Virus record (IMG/VR): IMGVR_UViG_3300037088_000882
Span: 1-64,000 of that record
Direction: 5' to 3' (one strand)
DNA length: 64,000 bases
Source: a virus
Shown: in pieces, positions 10,612-20,852 of the stretch
How positions within the stretch are numbered: position 1 is the stretch's first letter
Layout: each line of letters begins with the position of its first letter
Notes under the pieces: model-generated
Database searches by the model: none
What the model saw: only the letters and a program-made list of their open reading frames with translations
Told to the model about the DNA's origin: nothing
Made by a program: the position numbers and the translations under genes

Positions 10612-13600
10612 ATGACGACTCCTTTAAACACCATACTATCGTATCAGTCATTGGATCTAACTCCTTTTGAGATTCGGGGAGTTAAATCTGGGATGAATAA
10701 CGCTTATTCCACAGGCCCTGTTTATGATGGAGGTGTCTATAATCCTCCTAACAGTACCGTACTTGGAAGTGATGGCTCTTTTAGTCCTCTGGATAGTACT
10801 GTTAGGAATTTTACAGGATTTAGTGCGTCATCTCTTCAAGTTGCAGATAAAGTCATTGCAAATGACACTACTTTTACGGTAACTGGAATATTGAGTTCGA
10901 ATAGTTTTGGTTTGAATGCAATACCTACTTTTGAAGGTATTTATCAAATCATCCTTAATTTAGGTTCGAGGGATTACATTGTTGAACCAGATTCTTTAAA
11001 GAATACTTTAACTGGCCTTGCATCTTTTACAAGTGGCAGTAAGGTAGTAGATGGTACATCAACATTATGGTCATCTCAACTTGCTCCTGGAGACTTTATA
11101 AAGGCTGATTATTATCAACAATATTATAAGATTGACCATACAGTAAGTAATACGTCTTTAGTTCTTACCTCTCCCTTTGCAGGAGATACTTCGAGTACCT
11201 CTTATACTGCAAAAAGGTGGGCTATTGGTCGAACTGATATTCAGTATTCGAATAATGATGTTACGCTCGACACTAAATCAGGACGTTGGAAATATGATGC
11301 TACAACGGGAAGTGAAATCTCAACCTCTTTAAGTTTGAGCCCTCTGGCTGATGGCATTGATTTAGCCTTTACTAAGACTATCGTTCAAAATGCTCCTGAT
11401 CTTATGGACATTGCAGTTGTAACCAATAAGGTTTTTTCACAAAAGACCCAATACGATACTTTTCAATACTCACTTCCTGTCGTACCTTATCCTGAAGAAT
11501 CTTTTTCGTTGAAGATCAATGATATTCCTCAAGTTAGGAATCAGGATTATGCCTTAAATTATACTCAGAATCCTATTTACTCTCCACCGCCTCCACCTAG
11601 TCAGCGTTTTGTTGCCAATTTAATGTTTTTAAAAGAATTAGATGCAACACCTAGCACGTCCGTGACCGAGACGGGAAATTTTTATATCATTGATGCTCAA
11701 GGAAAACCAGTTAATGAGATATTGCCAGGTTCGGAGCATATAAATATTGGTGGTTTCGATCAGGTTGTCTACAGGGATTATATTCTTGAACCAAATGCAG
11801 GTGCTATTGATGCCATAGAATCTGTTATAGGGGAACCCATTGTTAAGTATGTAGCGACAGATTACAGTGATAAAATCAATCATGGTTTTAGCGTAACCCT
11901 TAATGGGAATCCTCAAAAGGTATCTTATCCAGCAGAATCTACAGATGATATTTTATTTCAATTTGATTTTGGTAGATTAAAGCCAGCTGCTCAAGATCAT
12001 CCCGGGATCGGAGATGTCTACGAAGTTAATTACATGGTTGAGGCGACTACTCAAACTCAAGTTATAAAAGTCACTACTGGGACTAGTTCATTACAGACTG
12101 CTCTATTTCCTATAGAACAAGGTTCAATATTTCTACAAAAAAATCAAATATATCTCAATGAGGATGTTGATTTTGCAGTCAGTTATCTTACTGGATGGGT
12201 TTATTTTGTTAATCCCTTAGTTCCTGGGGACTTAATCGATATTACCTATACTCCTTTATCTAAGCAAGTTAACGACTTAACATACTCAGATGGGACATCT
12301 TACTGTACTGTTTTAGATTCTCGATTACAAGTAAACGGTACGAGTTTTCAGTTTGGTATGTTAAATACTCGCATAGATGCTTCTTCTATTAATGTTTTAC
12401 GTGTTTTTAATGAGAGTCGAGAAGCTGAATATTCTTTGGCTGGTATAAAGGTTGCTTCTGGAGGAATTATTCAGCTAAGCCCTGATACTTTGAATGTTTC
12501 TATTGGAATAAGTCCAACTGATGTGGTCCTAGCTGATTATATTTTTCCAAATGAAACTACTGAATATGCTCCTATTTTTCAGAATTTATTACAGATTAAA
12601 CAAGGAACATCCTTTTTTTACTTTGAGGGTATCGATTTAACTTCAGAAATAATACCGGGTACCGTGGTCAGTGCAAAGATGCCTGATGGGGCCACTCAAT
12701 TTTTCTTTTTGGTAAATAATGTTTCTTATGATCTTGTGGGAACAAAAGTTTCTCTCGCGTCTCCTATTCCAGCAGATTTAACTAACCCAAAAGTTTTTGT
12801 TGCTGATGACTCGGTTAATTTTTATAGTGTGGGATATGCAGCAAATCCTATAATTTCTGGTTCAACAAATATCTCCTTTGTAAACGCGAATATAGTTAAT
12901 TTATTTAGAAGTAAGACACTTATAGAAATTGGAGGGGCCCTTTATCAGGCTTTATCTGCCTCTTATGATCCTGTCTCAAAAACTACAATTGTTTCATTAA
13001 CTTCTGAAGTAACAACTGATTATACTAATGTTGGAATTCTTTCAAGTATCCAATACAGTGATAGCCCTGTTTATCTTGCTGGGGATACAGAAATAATTCC
13101 TTCGATGCCTATAATAACATTAGTTAAACAACCTGTGTTTACAATGACTATGACTAATGCCAGTGATCGCATTTTACAGGTAACCTCTGATTCCTCAGGA
13201 CTCACTGTAGATGGTACAGCATATCCTTATAGTTCAAACACATACATTTCTGATATGTCCGCATCAATATCCTCAGCAAACATTGCCGGTTTGGTTTTAA
13301 ATACTTATGTACCTGGATGGCAGTCTAATAAAATTATTTCTGGACAAAATCTTTCAGTTTATACCGATTCAAATACTTTGTTAAATGCTTCTGATGCTTT
13401 ACGTTATCGTTATGATGGTATTGGGAGTTTTATTGACACGACTTCTTTTACGATTAGTAATGCAGGTACAATTTTATTAACTAACCCTTTAAGTATGCTC
13501 GATCGATATGAACTTGATTATATGGGAAGAAAATATCTTTATGATAATCAGGTGAAATATTCTTTGAGGTATTTTGTAACCTTACCTGCTAAGTCAAAGG

Positions 13601-16512
13601 TAACAGCTTCTTTTCAATATAATAATTTGGATCAATTCTATATTCAGGTTCTTGATCAAAGGCAGTTTTTTGAGCAAGTCACTATCCCGAGAATGACTAA
13701 TGAGGCTATTCAACTAAATGGGAATGTAGGTCAAGGTGGGCAGGTCTCGGGTGATTCGGGAGGTCAGCCTTCTGATGGAGGCATTGCGGGGGATGAGTAT
13801 AGAAGAAAAGATGCTGAAATAGAATGTCGAGTATTCAAGAACATTTACGACTTTTTTGAACATCGTCTTGAAGCTTTTGGTAATGAGATGGATGCTGCAA
13901 CGGGACTTAGGATCTTTAATAATGATGGTTATTTCTCAGATTCTGAACAACTTGCAGCTTTTAAATCAGTTAACAGGATATTTCCTTTTCCTGATTATAC
14001 GAATATGGAACCAGTAAAGGTTAATCCTTTAACTGGGTATTTTTTTGATACCAAAGCCTTTTTCACATACAATAGTACGGGTGTTCATAGTGTTGGTGGA
14101 AAGACTCGTTGGAAAAGTCAGTTAAATTCAGGCGATTTTATCGGACGTTACGATTCTACTCAAGTTTACTCTATTGCTACAGTTGTCTCGGATTCTTCAT
14201 TAGTTTTATCAACTCCTTTTCAACAGCCTACCACAACTCGGCGCCGTGGGGATAAGTACACTGCTTCAGCTGCATTTCCCCTTTACGATGATGATGGATA
14301 TCTTGGACCTAAGCTTATAGGATCTGAGAGTGAAGATTTTAGCTTATCTGATGGGGATGTTTTTGATATTTATATGAGCCTTAATCATCCTGATTTTGCT
14401 CATCATCAATATGTTTTTAACGATCCTCCTTATCCGTCTTCTTTATTTTTACCAGGAGTGGATGAACTTAGTGCAAATTCGGTTGCACAGATTTTATCAA
14501 ATAATATTCCAGGTCTTATTGTTACTGCTGAAACAGTCTTGGATGATACTCAGACATTTGGTTATCGTACAGGATTAGTTTTAAGAACAAAAGACAGGAC
14601 AAATAATATTTATACTGGGAACGGCCAAGCGGTCGAAAAGCTTGGTTTTGGGTTTAATACGTATGCTTATGGAAACTGGGATAGGACAGATCATTTTCCT
14701 GAGACTGTTGCTGATTCTTCCGAAATTAGAGGCTTAAGAAGTGAAATTGCTAATGATATAGGTCCTTTACTTTCAGTCCCTAATAAAATTCATCGAGTAG
14801 ATTCTACAAATATAGTCTTTGTAAATGACTTACTAGGAAATCTGATTCCATCAAATTCTCGAATTATTTCACAAGTTGAGATTCCTCGGTTATTTGTTGA
14901 AATAGCATCTGAGCAACAAATTTTACAAGAGCATTTAGCCTCTTATGTTAATACACAGCAAGCGCTAATAAAAGCTATTGACGCAGATACAAGTGCTTAT
15001 GCTTATTTTGCTTATGATACGAATATAATTTCGACTTATGAAGGTAAAGAGGCTCCATGGGCTTGGGCTCTTGATTTTTCTGAACAAAGTCAGATAATCC
15101 ATGGGGTTGATAGTACAGGGATAGGTGTCCCAATAGTTGGTCCTGGAGACACGACTATTGCTAGTCAAAATTCTTTCATTCTTTACCATCCAGGTTTAAA
15201 TGATCTTCGAATTTTAAATTCTGGTAATCTTGCCAATCCTTATTATCCTGTTGTGGTTTATGAAAATAATGGACAAGTTGTTGATGGTACCTGGACAAAT
15301 ATGGATCCAACAGTATCCTCTGAGTATAGTTTGCCTAATGCAGCTATTTTTACTGTGAGCTCTGCTGCTTTAATGACTATTGCTCCTGATCCCCTTTTCA
15401 CGACTCCTAATGTGAATGCAACTGCTACCTCGTTAGGTTTTAATTGGACATCTTCGGTTTTTAGTGATTGGTCATTTATGTATGTTAATTATCCAAATCT
15501 ATCGGATATGGTTAATGTTGTTAATAATAGTCCTGGATTTTTTGTAACGCCTGGAATTTATAGTTTGAATTACGATTATACAGACTTAAGTAATTCAGGA
15601 ACTGTTCCACAGATTATATATACTGGCCCTAATTCTCCAGCTTTTAGTTTTTATTATAACAGAGCTGATACAACCGCTTATTATGATATTGATACGACTG
15701 CAATTGTGATAACTAAGTATCAGGATGTTAATTTTGTTTCTAGAGATGAGTTTCTTTATACCTCTTATCCAACTCTAGGCCAGTTAGAAACAGGCCTAAG
15801 AGGAGTCTCGGACACTTCTGTGGAGACCATGTTCGATCCATCTTATTCTTATGGGAGTCTAGCTTCGGATAGCGGTACAGTTAGCAGAACCTCTCCTGGA
15901 ACTTATACTTTATTCCCAGCAGCAGTGCCATTATTTACTGTTGATTTTGATATGCAAAATGCTAGTTATGCGACAAATCCTACTTCTTTAATTTTAAGCT
16001 GGTTTACTAATAGTGTTTTTCAGTCTAATGCCTTTGATTATGGCACTGAAACCATATATGATCTTAAAGCAAGTATAAATAATAGTATGGCTTCATTAAT
16101 GGCTTATGGCCCTTCTTTATATGATGCTGATTTTGCCGCTTCTTTTAATAATGCAACAGGGTTTATTTTTCCATCTGCAAATTTTTCTCGAGGTCTTAGA
16201 GATTGTACCGTTGCTTATCAAACTATCTCGGATAGAATTTTAAATAATCGAGACTCCTCTGATACTGTACGAATAGGTTATCTTACAGATAGAACTGATT
16301 ATTTAGGCTTAAGTAGAGAAAATCAAATAAAAAATGATGTTGTTACTGAGCAAATCTTAAGGAATTCAGATGGCGGGCCAAGCGATTTATACGTATGGGC
16401 TAATAATAGATTTAATAGGAGGCAAGGGTGTTACTCGAGACTCAATCAGATTCAACAACAAATAGCATCAAATCAGTCGGCTCTGAATATAAACAAGAGC
16501 CTGACACAGTAG
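10612..16512 (+). CDS. Very large virion structural protein (baseplate/tail-associated)
   Basis: 1966-aa Ser/Thr/beta-rich ORF in the baseplate operon; repeated W.SQL..GDFI....Q.Y.I..VVS..SLVL..PF module. Confidence 0.6.
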   Translation: MTTPLNTILSYQSLDLTPFEIRGVKSGMNNAYSTGPVYDGGVYNPPNSTVLGSDGSFSPLDSTVRNFTGFSASSLQVADKVIANDTTFTVTGILSSNSFGLNAIPTFEGIYQIILNLGSRDYIVEPDSLKNTLTGLASFTSGSKVVDGTSTLWSSQLAPGDFIKADYYQQYYKIDHTVSNTSLVLTSPFAGDTSSTSYTAKRWAIGRTDIQYSNNDVTLDTKSGRWKYDATTGSEISTSLSLSPLADGIDLAFTKTIVQNAPDLMDIAVVTNKVFSQKTQYDTFQYSLPVVPYPEESFSLKINDIPQVRNQDYALNYTQNPIYSPPPPPSQRFVANLMFLKELDATPSTSVTETGNFYIIDAQGKPVNEILPGSEHINIGGFDQVVYRDYILEPNAGAIDAIESVIGEPIVKYVATDYSDKINHGFSVTLNGNPQKVSYPAESTDDILFQFDFGRLKPAAQDHPGIGDVYEVNYMVEATTQTQVIKVTTGTSSLQTALFPIEQGSIFLQKNQIYLNEDVDFAVSYLTGWVYFVNPLVPGDLIDITYTPLSKQVNDLTYSDGTSYCTVLDSRLQVNGTSFQFGMLNTRIDASSINVLRVFNESREAEYSLAGIKVASGGIIQLSPDTLNVSIGISPTDVVLADYIFPNETTEYAPIFQNLLQIKQGTSFFYFEGIDLTSEIIPGTVVSAKMPDGATQFFFLVNNVSYDLVGTKVSLASPIPADLTNPKVFVADDSVNFYSVGYAANPIISGSTNISFVNANIVNLFRSKTLIEIGGALYQALSASYDPVSKTTIVSLTSEVTTDYTNVGILSSIQYSDSPVYLAGDTEIIPSMPIITLVKQPVFTMTMTNASDRILQVTSDSSGLTVDGTAYPYSSNTYISDMSASISSANIAGLVLNTYVPGWQSNKIISGQNLSVYTDSNTLLNASDALRYRYDGIGSFIDTTSFTISNAGTILLTNPLSMLDRYELDYMGRKYLYDNQVKYSLRYFVTLPAKSKVTASFQYNNLDQFYIQVLDQRQFFEQVTIPRMTNEAIQLNGNVGQGGQVSGDSGGQPSDGGIAGDEYRRKDAEIECRVFKNIYDFFEHRLEAFGNEMDAATGLRIFNNDGYFSDSEQLAAFKSVNRIFPFPDYTNMEPVKVNPLTGYFFDTKAFFTYNSTGVHSVGGKTRWKSQLNSGDFIGRYDSTQVYSIATVVSDSSLVLSTPFQQPTTTRRRGDKYTASAAFPLYDDDGYLGPKLIGSESEDFSLSDGDVFDIYMSLNHPDFAHHQYVFNDPPYPSSLFLPGVDELSANSVAQILSNNIPGLIVTAETVLDDTQTFGYRTGLVLRTKDRTNNIYTGNGQAVEKLGFGFNTYAYGNWDRTDHFPETVADSSEIRGLRSEIANDIGPLLSVPNKIHRVDSTNIVFVNDLLGNLIPSNSRIISQVEIPRLFVEIASEQQILQEHLASYVNTQQALIKAIDADTSAYAYFAYDTNIISTYEGKEAPWAWALDFSEQSQIIHGVDSTGIGVPIVGPGDTTIASQNSFILYHPGLNDLRILNSGNLANPYYPVVVYENNGQVVDGTWTNMDPTVSSEYSLPNAAIFTVSSAALMTIAPDPLFTTPNVNATATSLGFNWTSSVFSDWSFMYVNYPNLSDMVNVVNNSPGFFVTPGIYSLNYDYTDLSNSGTVPQIIYTGPNSPAFSFYYNRADTTAYYDIDTTAIVITKYQDVNFVSRDEFLYTSYPTLGQLETGLRGVSDTSVETMFDPSYSYGSLASDSGTVSRTSPGTYTLFPAAVPLFTVDFDMQNASYATNPTSLILSWFTNSVFQSNAFDYGTETIYDLKASINNSMASLMAYGPSLYDADFAASFNNATGFIFPSANFSRGLRDCTVAYQTISDRILNNRDSSDTVRIGYLTDRTDYLGLSRENQIKNDVVTEQILRNSDGGPSDLYVWANNRFNRRQGCYSRLNQIQQQIASNQSALNINKSLTQ

Positions 16513-16655
16513 AGGAAGTCCTTTATTGGAAAAAAGCCAGTAAAGAAAGCCCTATTGCCCAGACCTTGGAAGAAATGACGGGATTACTTGGGCATGTTAT
16601 TACTGTGTATAGTAAAGATATGGAAAAACAATTAAATAAATTAAAGAGATTTTAA
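16428..16655 (+). CDS. Small hypothetical protein (start uncertain)
   Basis: Fills the gap between two structural genes; the TTG start overlaps the upstream gene and is doubtful. Confidence 0.3.
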   Translation: MLLETQSDSTTNSIKSVGSEYKQEPDTVEEVLYWKKASKESPIAQTLEEMTGLLGHVITVYSKDMEKQLNKLKRF

Positions 16656-16656
16656 T

Positions 16657-18435
16657 ATGCCTACATCAAGTATGGATTTTCAAGGTAAGATAACGACGTA
16701 TCCTTATGTAGCTCCTTCATCAACTGTGACACAAGGAACTTCATCAGGTTCATCGGGTTCTTCCTCCTCGTCCTCTGTAAGTAGTAATACCATATCTGGA
16801 CTAGAATCTTTTATTGCTCAAGCAGAAAAAGCTATTACTTTAATTCCAACCAGTGTGGGGTCAACGGGAACTCCTGGGGCTTTTTCTGTAGGTAATGATA
16901 GTTGGGCTACCGCCTCGATTGCAGATTTGACTTTTATAAAGACCATGACAAATAATTTGAATCAAGCTTTAAAAGGTTTGAATGCCTTAGTTTCTGTATT
17001 GACTAAAGTTCTTAGAATTGTTCAACTGTTTATCAGTGGGTTTAATTCTTTTTCTAAATTAATATTGGCCGCAATAAACTACACTCAGACTCAATTAAAT
17101 AAATACGCTAATGATGCCTTAAAATTTGGGCTTTATGTAAATATTGTAGCTCCACCTGCTTTTTATTCAAAGAATCCTAATGATACCAATACAGTCATGA
17201 AGTCTCGGGGAGGGTTTGATGGATTTATTTCGAGATTACAGGGATCTTTAAATGACACTTCAGATAAGAATCGGCCAACATTTAACGATACTTCTTTAGT
17301 AGGGGGCTGGGTTATACTTCTTGATGCAGAATCGACAGATAAAATATTTACTGGATTACAGCAGTTAACCTCGATGTTTGATTTCATGCATTTGTTTGGA
17401 CTGAATTTAGCTCCTCCTGCTCCAAAAAATCTTCAAGGGAAATGTGGCCTTTTCCAAAAGCCTGGTGATACTACTAAGAATTTTGGAATTCAAGTTCAAT
17501 GGGATCAAAATTATATGTCTTCTGCTTTCCTGCTTTCTAGGAGTCAGAGTCCTGGAGGAGTTCTAAAAACAGTTCCTTATGTTCCTACTTGTTTAATGGA
17601 TAATAAAGAAACAGGCGAGCAAGGCTTAATTACCGTAGCAAAGGATTTAATTGCTGATCTTTTTGCAGGGGTTCCTTATACGCCTCCTACAAAAGATGAA
17701 ATCGTTTATGAAGACCCATCCTTTCCTGCCGTTTTGATTTCGAATCCAGGATTCTCTACAACGGTGAGTTATATAGACACAAACATTCCAGATGGTGTTC
17801 CTTGCCTTTATTACGTGGCCCAGGCTTGTGGTGAGGGTGGCCTTATTAAAGGCCCGTACTCAACTGAATTATGCGTCCCTATAAAGAAATGTAATGATGC
17901 TTTCAATGTGGCGGATATAATAGCTCAGCCCAATGCTCGATTCGAATTTATCTCTGTTGGAGGAATGGGGCAATTAGGGAAATGGTCTTCAATTCAAATG
18001 ACCGCAATGATTCCATGGTTTGTTGAAATAATAGGTGAATTGAATAAGCTTATCAATGCTGTAAAAGGAATGATTAAGAGTGCTTCCGATTCTTTTCTGG
18101 ATTTTCTTAATCAGATTGCAGCAAAAGTGCAATTATTTATAAATATTATAAATACTATTGCATACATTATAGATGCTTTTAAGACTTTTATTTTGGGTGA
18201 GTCCATAAGTTTTCTGGAACTTCCTCCCGTTATTGGAGGGATGTCTAATTTTGTTCAAAGAATAAAAAATGCTAAACCTCCAGTAGTTAATGGGCAACAA
18301 CAAAATTTTAGTGGCCCAGACGGTATTTCTATTGGAGTTGTTTTTACTTATGGTGCTGGAGGAGCAGATGTGGCTCTAGCACAAACAATAGCAAAGAGTT
18401 TGAGTTTCATTACATCTCTTTTTGTGTCAAAGTAG
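16657..18435 (+). CDS. Virion structural protein
   Basis: 592-aa ORF in the operon; amphipathic helical segments flank an FN3-like region (APPAPKNLQ..VQW..YYV). Confidence 0.5.
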   Translation: MPTSSMDFQGKITTYPYVAPSSTVTQGTSSGSSGSSSSSSVSSNTISGLESFIAQAEKAITLIPTSVGSTGTPGAFSVGNDSWATASIADLTFIKTMTNNLNQALKGLNALVSVLTKVLRIVQLFISGFNSFSKLILAAINYTQTQLNKYANDALKFGLYVNIVAPPAFYSKNPNDTNTVMKSRGGFDGFISRLQGSLNDTSDKNRPTFNDTSLVGGWVILLDAESTDKIFTGLQQLTSMFDFMHLFGLNLAPPAPKNLQGKCGLFQKPGDTTKNFGIQVQWDQNYMSSAFLLSRSQSPGGVLKTVPYVPTCLMDNKETGEQGLITVAKDLIADLFAGVPYTPPTKDEIVYEDPSFPAVLISNPGFSTTVSYIDTNIPDGVPCLYYVAQACGEGGLIKGPYSTELCVPIKKCNDAFNVADIIAQPNARFEFISVGGMGQLGKWSSIQMTAMIPWFVEIIGELNKLINAVKGMIKSASDSFLDFLNQIAAKVQLFINIINTIAYIIDAFKTFILGESISFLELPPVIGGMSNFVQRIKNAKPPVVNGQQQNFSGPDGISIGVVFTYGAGGADVALAQTIAKSLSFITSLFVSK

Positions 18436-18441
18436 GTTATT

Positions 18442-20085
18442 ATGGCAGAATCTGCACAAGTTTTACAAACAACAACGTCAGATCTTAATAGAGTTGCTCA
18501 ATTTATTGCGGGTAATACCGTTTCTAATATGCGTCTTGAACAGACTCGTATTAATAAAAGGATTTTGATTAATCAGGATCGTTTATTGAGGCTTAGAAGT
18601 AATGAAAATTTAATTAAGGCTAGAATATATAATAATGTCGATCAGGCTGAAATACAGTCTAATTTAGCTGCTGGTGCAAATACTCAAGTTGATCCTTCCC
18701 AGGCAATGAGGGTCCCTTCCATAGCTCCTACCCCGGATCGGGGCATTGCTACGGCAAAATTTAAAGCTTATACGTCGATGTACGGTATTGCTCAGCTTGA
18801 TGCTGAAATTAATAGGGTCAATAATGATGTCATGACCGTGCAGGCTCAGATTAGAAGTGATCAAAAAGCTTTAATTCAAATACAAGCAGCTATTGATACC
18901 GCGATACAGAATAAGCCGAAGAGCTTTTTAGACTCTGCTCTTGGTAGGGTAGTTCTTCCTTCAGCAGAAGATCTCCAGAAGGATAAACTTGCAAAGTCTC
19001 GTATTTATAACCTTGTTTTTTTACAGCAGTTAAGTACTCTTTATTTAAATTATACCACATCTGCTACTTTAACTAAGATTGAGGGAACATCTGAGACTCA
19101 AACGGCTCTTCAACTTCAGCGTGGATTTCCTGATGAAGTAAAACTTCCTGAGACATTAATAAGCATTAGATCCAAGTTCTGGGCTCATGGTCAGCAATTC
19201 CAGGATAATACGGGATCTGATACGGATATTAATTTTGTGAGAGGTTCTGATGCTTTAAATTTTGATGATCCTGGCAGTGACCAGAATATAGTTGTTTTAG
19301 ATAAATGGGTATCTATTTTAAGAAATGTTGGGAAAAACACTAAAATAACCACAGATGTGGCTCAATTTATTAAAGATAATGTAGTTATCACTAATAATAC
19401 TACTGTATCTGAAGGCATTGAAAGAAAACCAGATCCAACATTATCTACAAGTAATTCTATGAACATAAGGACTCAAAGTTACCCTGCTACGGCGGTGGCT
19501 TTAGGGCCTTTGTATATTGGTTCATTTGAGATTCCTTCTATTACAGAATCTGTTAGGAAATGGTGGAAAACTAAACAAACCCAATACACTCCTTTGCCTG
19601 CATGCCCGAATGTTGTTATTACGCCTGCTACCAATACTGATTTAAAAACCAGAAATGCTGAGGCAGCAAATCAAGCCCTTATAAATGCTGGACAAAGTGC
19701 TTTTGAAGATGCCCTTGTTTCTGCTCACATTTTACAGTTACAAACGCATGTGAAAAATACTCTGCCTAGTGATGCCCCAGACTGGGTCATACAATTTAAC
19801 ACTCTTTTTAACACTAATTATGTTGGACAGATAGCTTATCCTTTAATTACCGAAAACACTACCACTTATTTCCCTCAATATCAGGCCACCATTACGAGAG
19901 TCACAGCTACTCAGGCTAATATTAATCAGGCCTATGTCACTTCTCAAAATATTGCTAATTCACAAAGAAGTCCACAAACAAACACATATATAAGTGTTAT
20001 GACTTCTGGAAAAACGCCTTATGTAATTAATAATTCTGGTTCTTTGGTAATATATGAGTTCTGGACCGAAGTTAAAACGACTTAA
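18442..20085 (+). CDS. Hypothetical virion protein
   Basis: 547-aa ORF, co-oriented and tightly packed in the structural operon; coiled-coil-like N-terminus. Confidence 0.5.
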   Translation: MAESAQVLQTTTSDLNRVAQFIAGNTVSNMRLEQTRINKRILINQDRLLRLRSNENLIKARIYNNVDQAEIQSNLAAGANTQVDPSQAMRVPSIAPTPDRGIATAKFKAYTSMYGIAQLDAEINRVNNDVMTVQAQIRSDQKALIQIQAAIDTAIQNKPKSFLDSALGRVVLPSAEDLQKDKLAKSRIYNLVFLQQLSTLYLNYTTSATLTKIEGTSETQTALQLQRGFPDEVKLPETLISIRSKFWAHGQQFQDNTGSDTDINFVRGSDALNFDDPGSDQNIVVLDKWVSILRNVGKNTKITTDVAQFIKDNVVITNNTTVSEGIERKPDPTLSTSNSMNIRTQSYPATAVALGPLYIGSFEIPSITESVRKWWKTKQTQYTPLPACPNVVITPATNTDLKTRNAEAANQALINAGQSAFEDALVSAHILQLQTHVKNTLPSDAPDWVIQFNTLFNTNYVGQIAYPLITENTTTYFPQYQATITRVTATQANINQAYVTSQNIANSQRSPQTNTYISVMTSGKTPYVINNSGSLVIYEFWTEVKTT

Positions 20086-20113
20086 TAATGTTCTAATAAG
20101 AGAATCATGAATT

Positions 20114-20836
20114 ATGTCTTTCGATTTAAATTTATCCACTGTATGCGACCATAGAATCGATAAAGAATCTGTGTCATTAGAATCTGACCAGAGGTCTATT
20201 CGATCCTTGCAACCTATTGCGTCATCTAATGTAGCTGTTTTTGCATCCAGTACCCAATTATCGAAGGGTCTTTATAGTTTAGTCTTTGATTCGACAGAAA
20301 ATATTCCAATAAACCAGACTCGAAAGGTTTATTTGGCCTATAAATGGAGATCACCTGAAGATTTTTTTCAATTAAGTTACAACACTCTTAGCAATTATTG
20401 CCCAAAATGTGTGGGATTAAATCAGGTAGATGACGTGAGTTATGATGCTAATGGCGATTTTTACACACTTAGGAATGAGCCATTATTGCTTCAAAATCTC
20501 GAAAAATTCACGGTCACGGAATTACAAAGCAATCCTTTTCAATTATTTGTAGGTACTAATCTGGTAAAATTACTTGGTCAAAGAATCTCAGATACAAGTT
20601 ATATGTCGACGAAAATAACTCAAGAAATAAATACGGCTTTGCAAGCCTTGAAAAGCTTACAGGATCAACAACGTTTTACGAAAAGGCCTGTTACAAGTGG
20701 AGAGCTTTTGGATAAAGTAGTCAGTATAAAAGTTAATTTCGATCAAGCTGATCCAAGTATTTTACGAGCTTTTGTTGTTGCTCAGGCTAAGTCAGGGAAA
20801 AGTGTGAATTTCACTCAATTTTTAAAGATTGCTTAA
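20114..20836 (+). CDS. Baseplate wedge protein (gp25-like C-terminal domain)
   Basis: Directly precedes the baseplate J-like gene; C-terminal GTNLVKLLG..EINTALQAL..VVSIKV..DPSILRAFV is gp25-like. Confidence 0.55.
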   Translation: MSFDLNLSTVCDHRIDKESVSLESDQRSIRSLQPIASSNVAVFASSTQLSKGLYSLVFDSTENIPINQTRKVYLAYKWRSPEDFFQLSYNTLSNYCPKCVGLNQVDDVSYDANGDFYTLRNEPLLLQNLEKFTVTELQSNPFQLFVGTNLVKLLGQRISDTSYMSTKITQEINTALQALKSLQDQQRFTKRPVTSGELLDKVVSIKVNFDQADPSILRAFVVAQAKSGKSVNFTQFLKIA

Positions 20837-20852
20837 AAAGGATGAAGCTGTA

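Noticed and set aside
16735-16790. Ser/Gly-rich low-complexity tract
   Set aside because: Ordinary protein linker encoded by mixed codons, not a DNA repeat.
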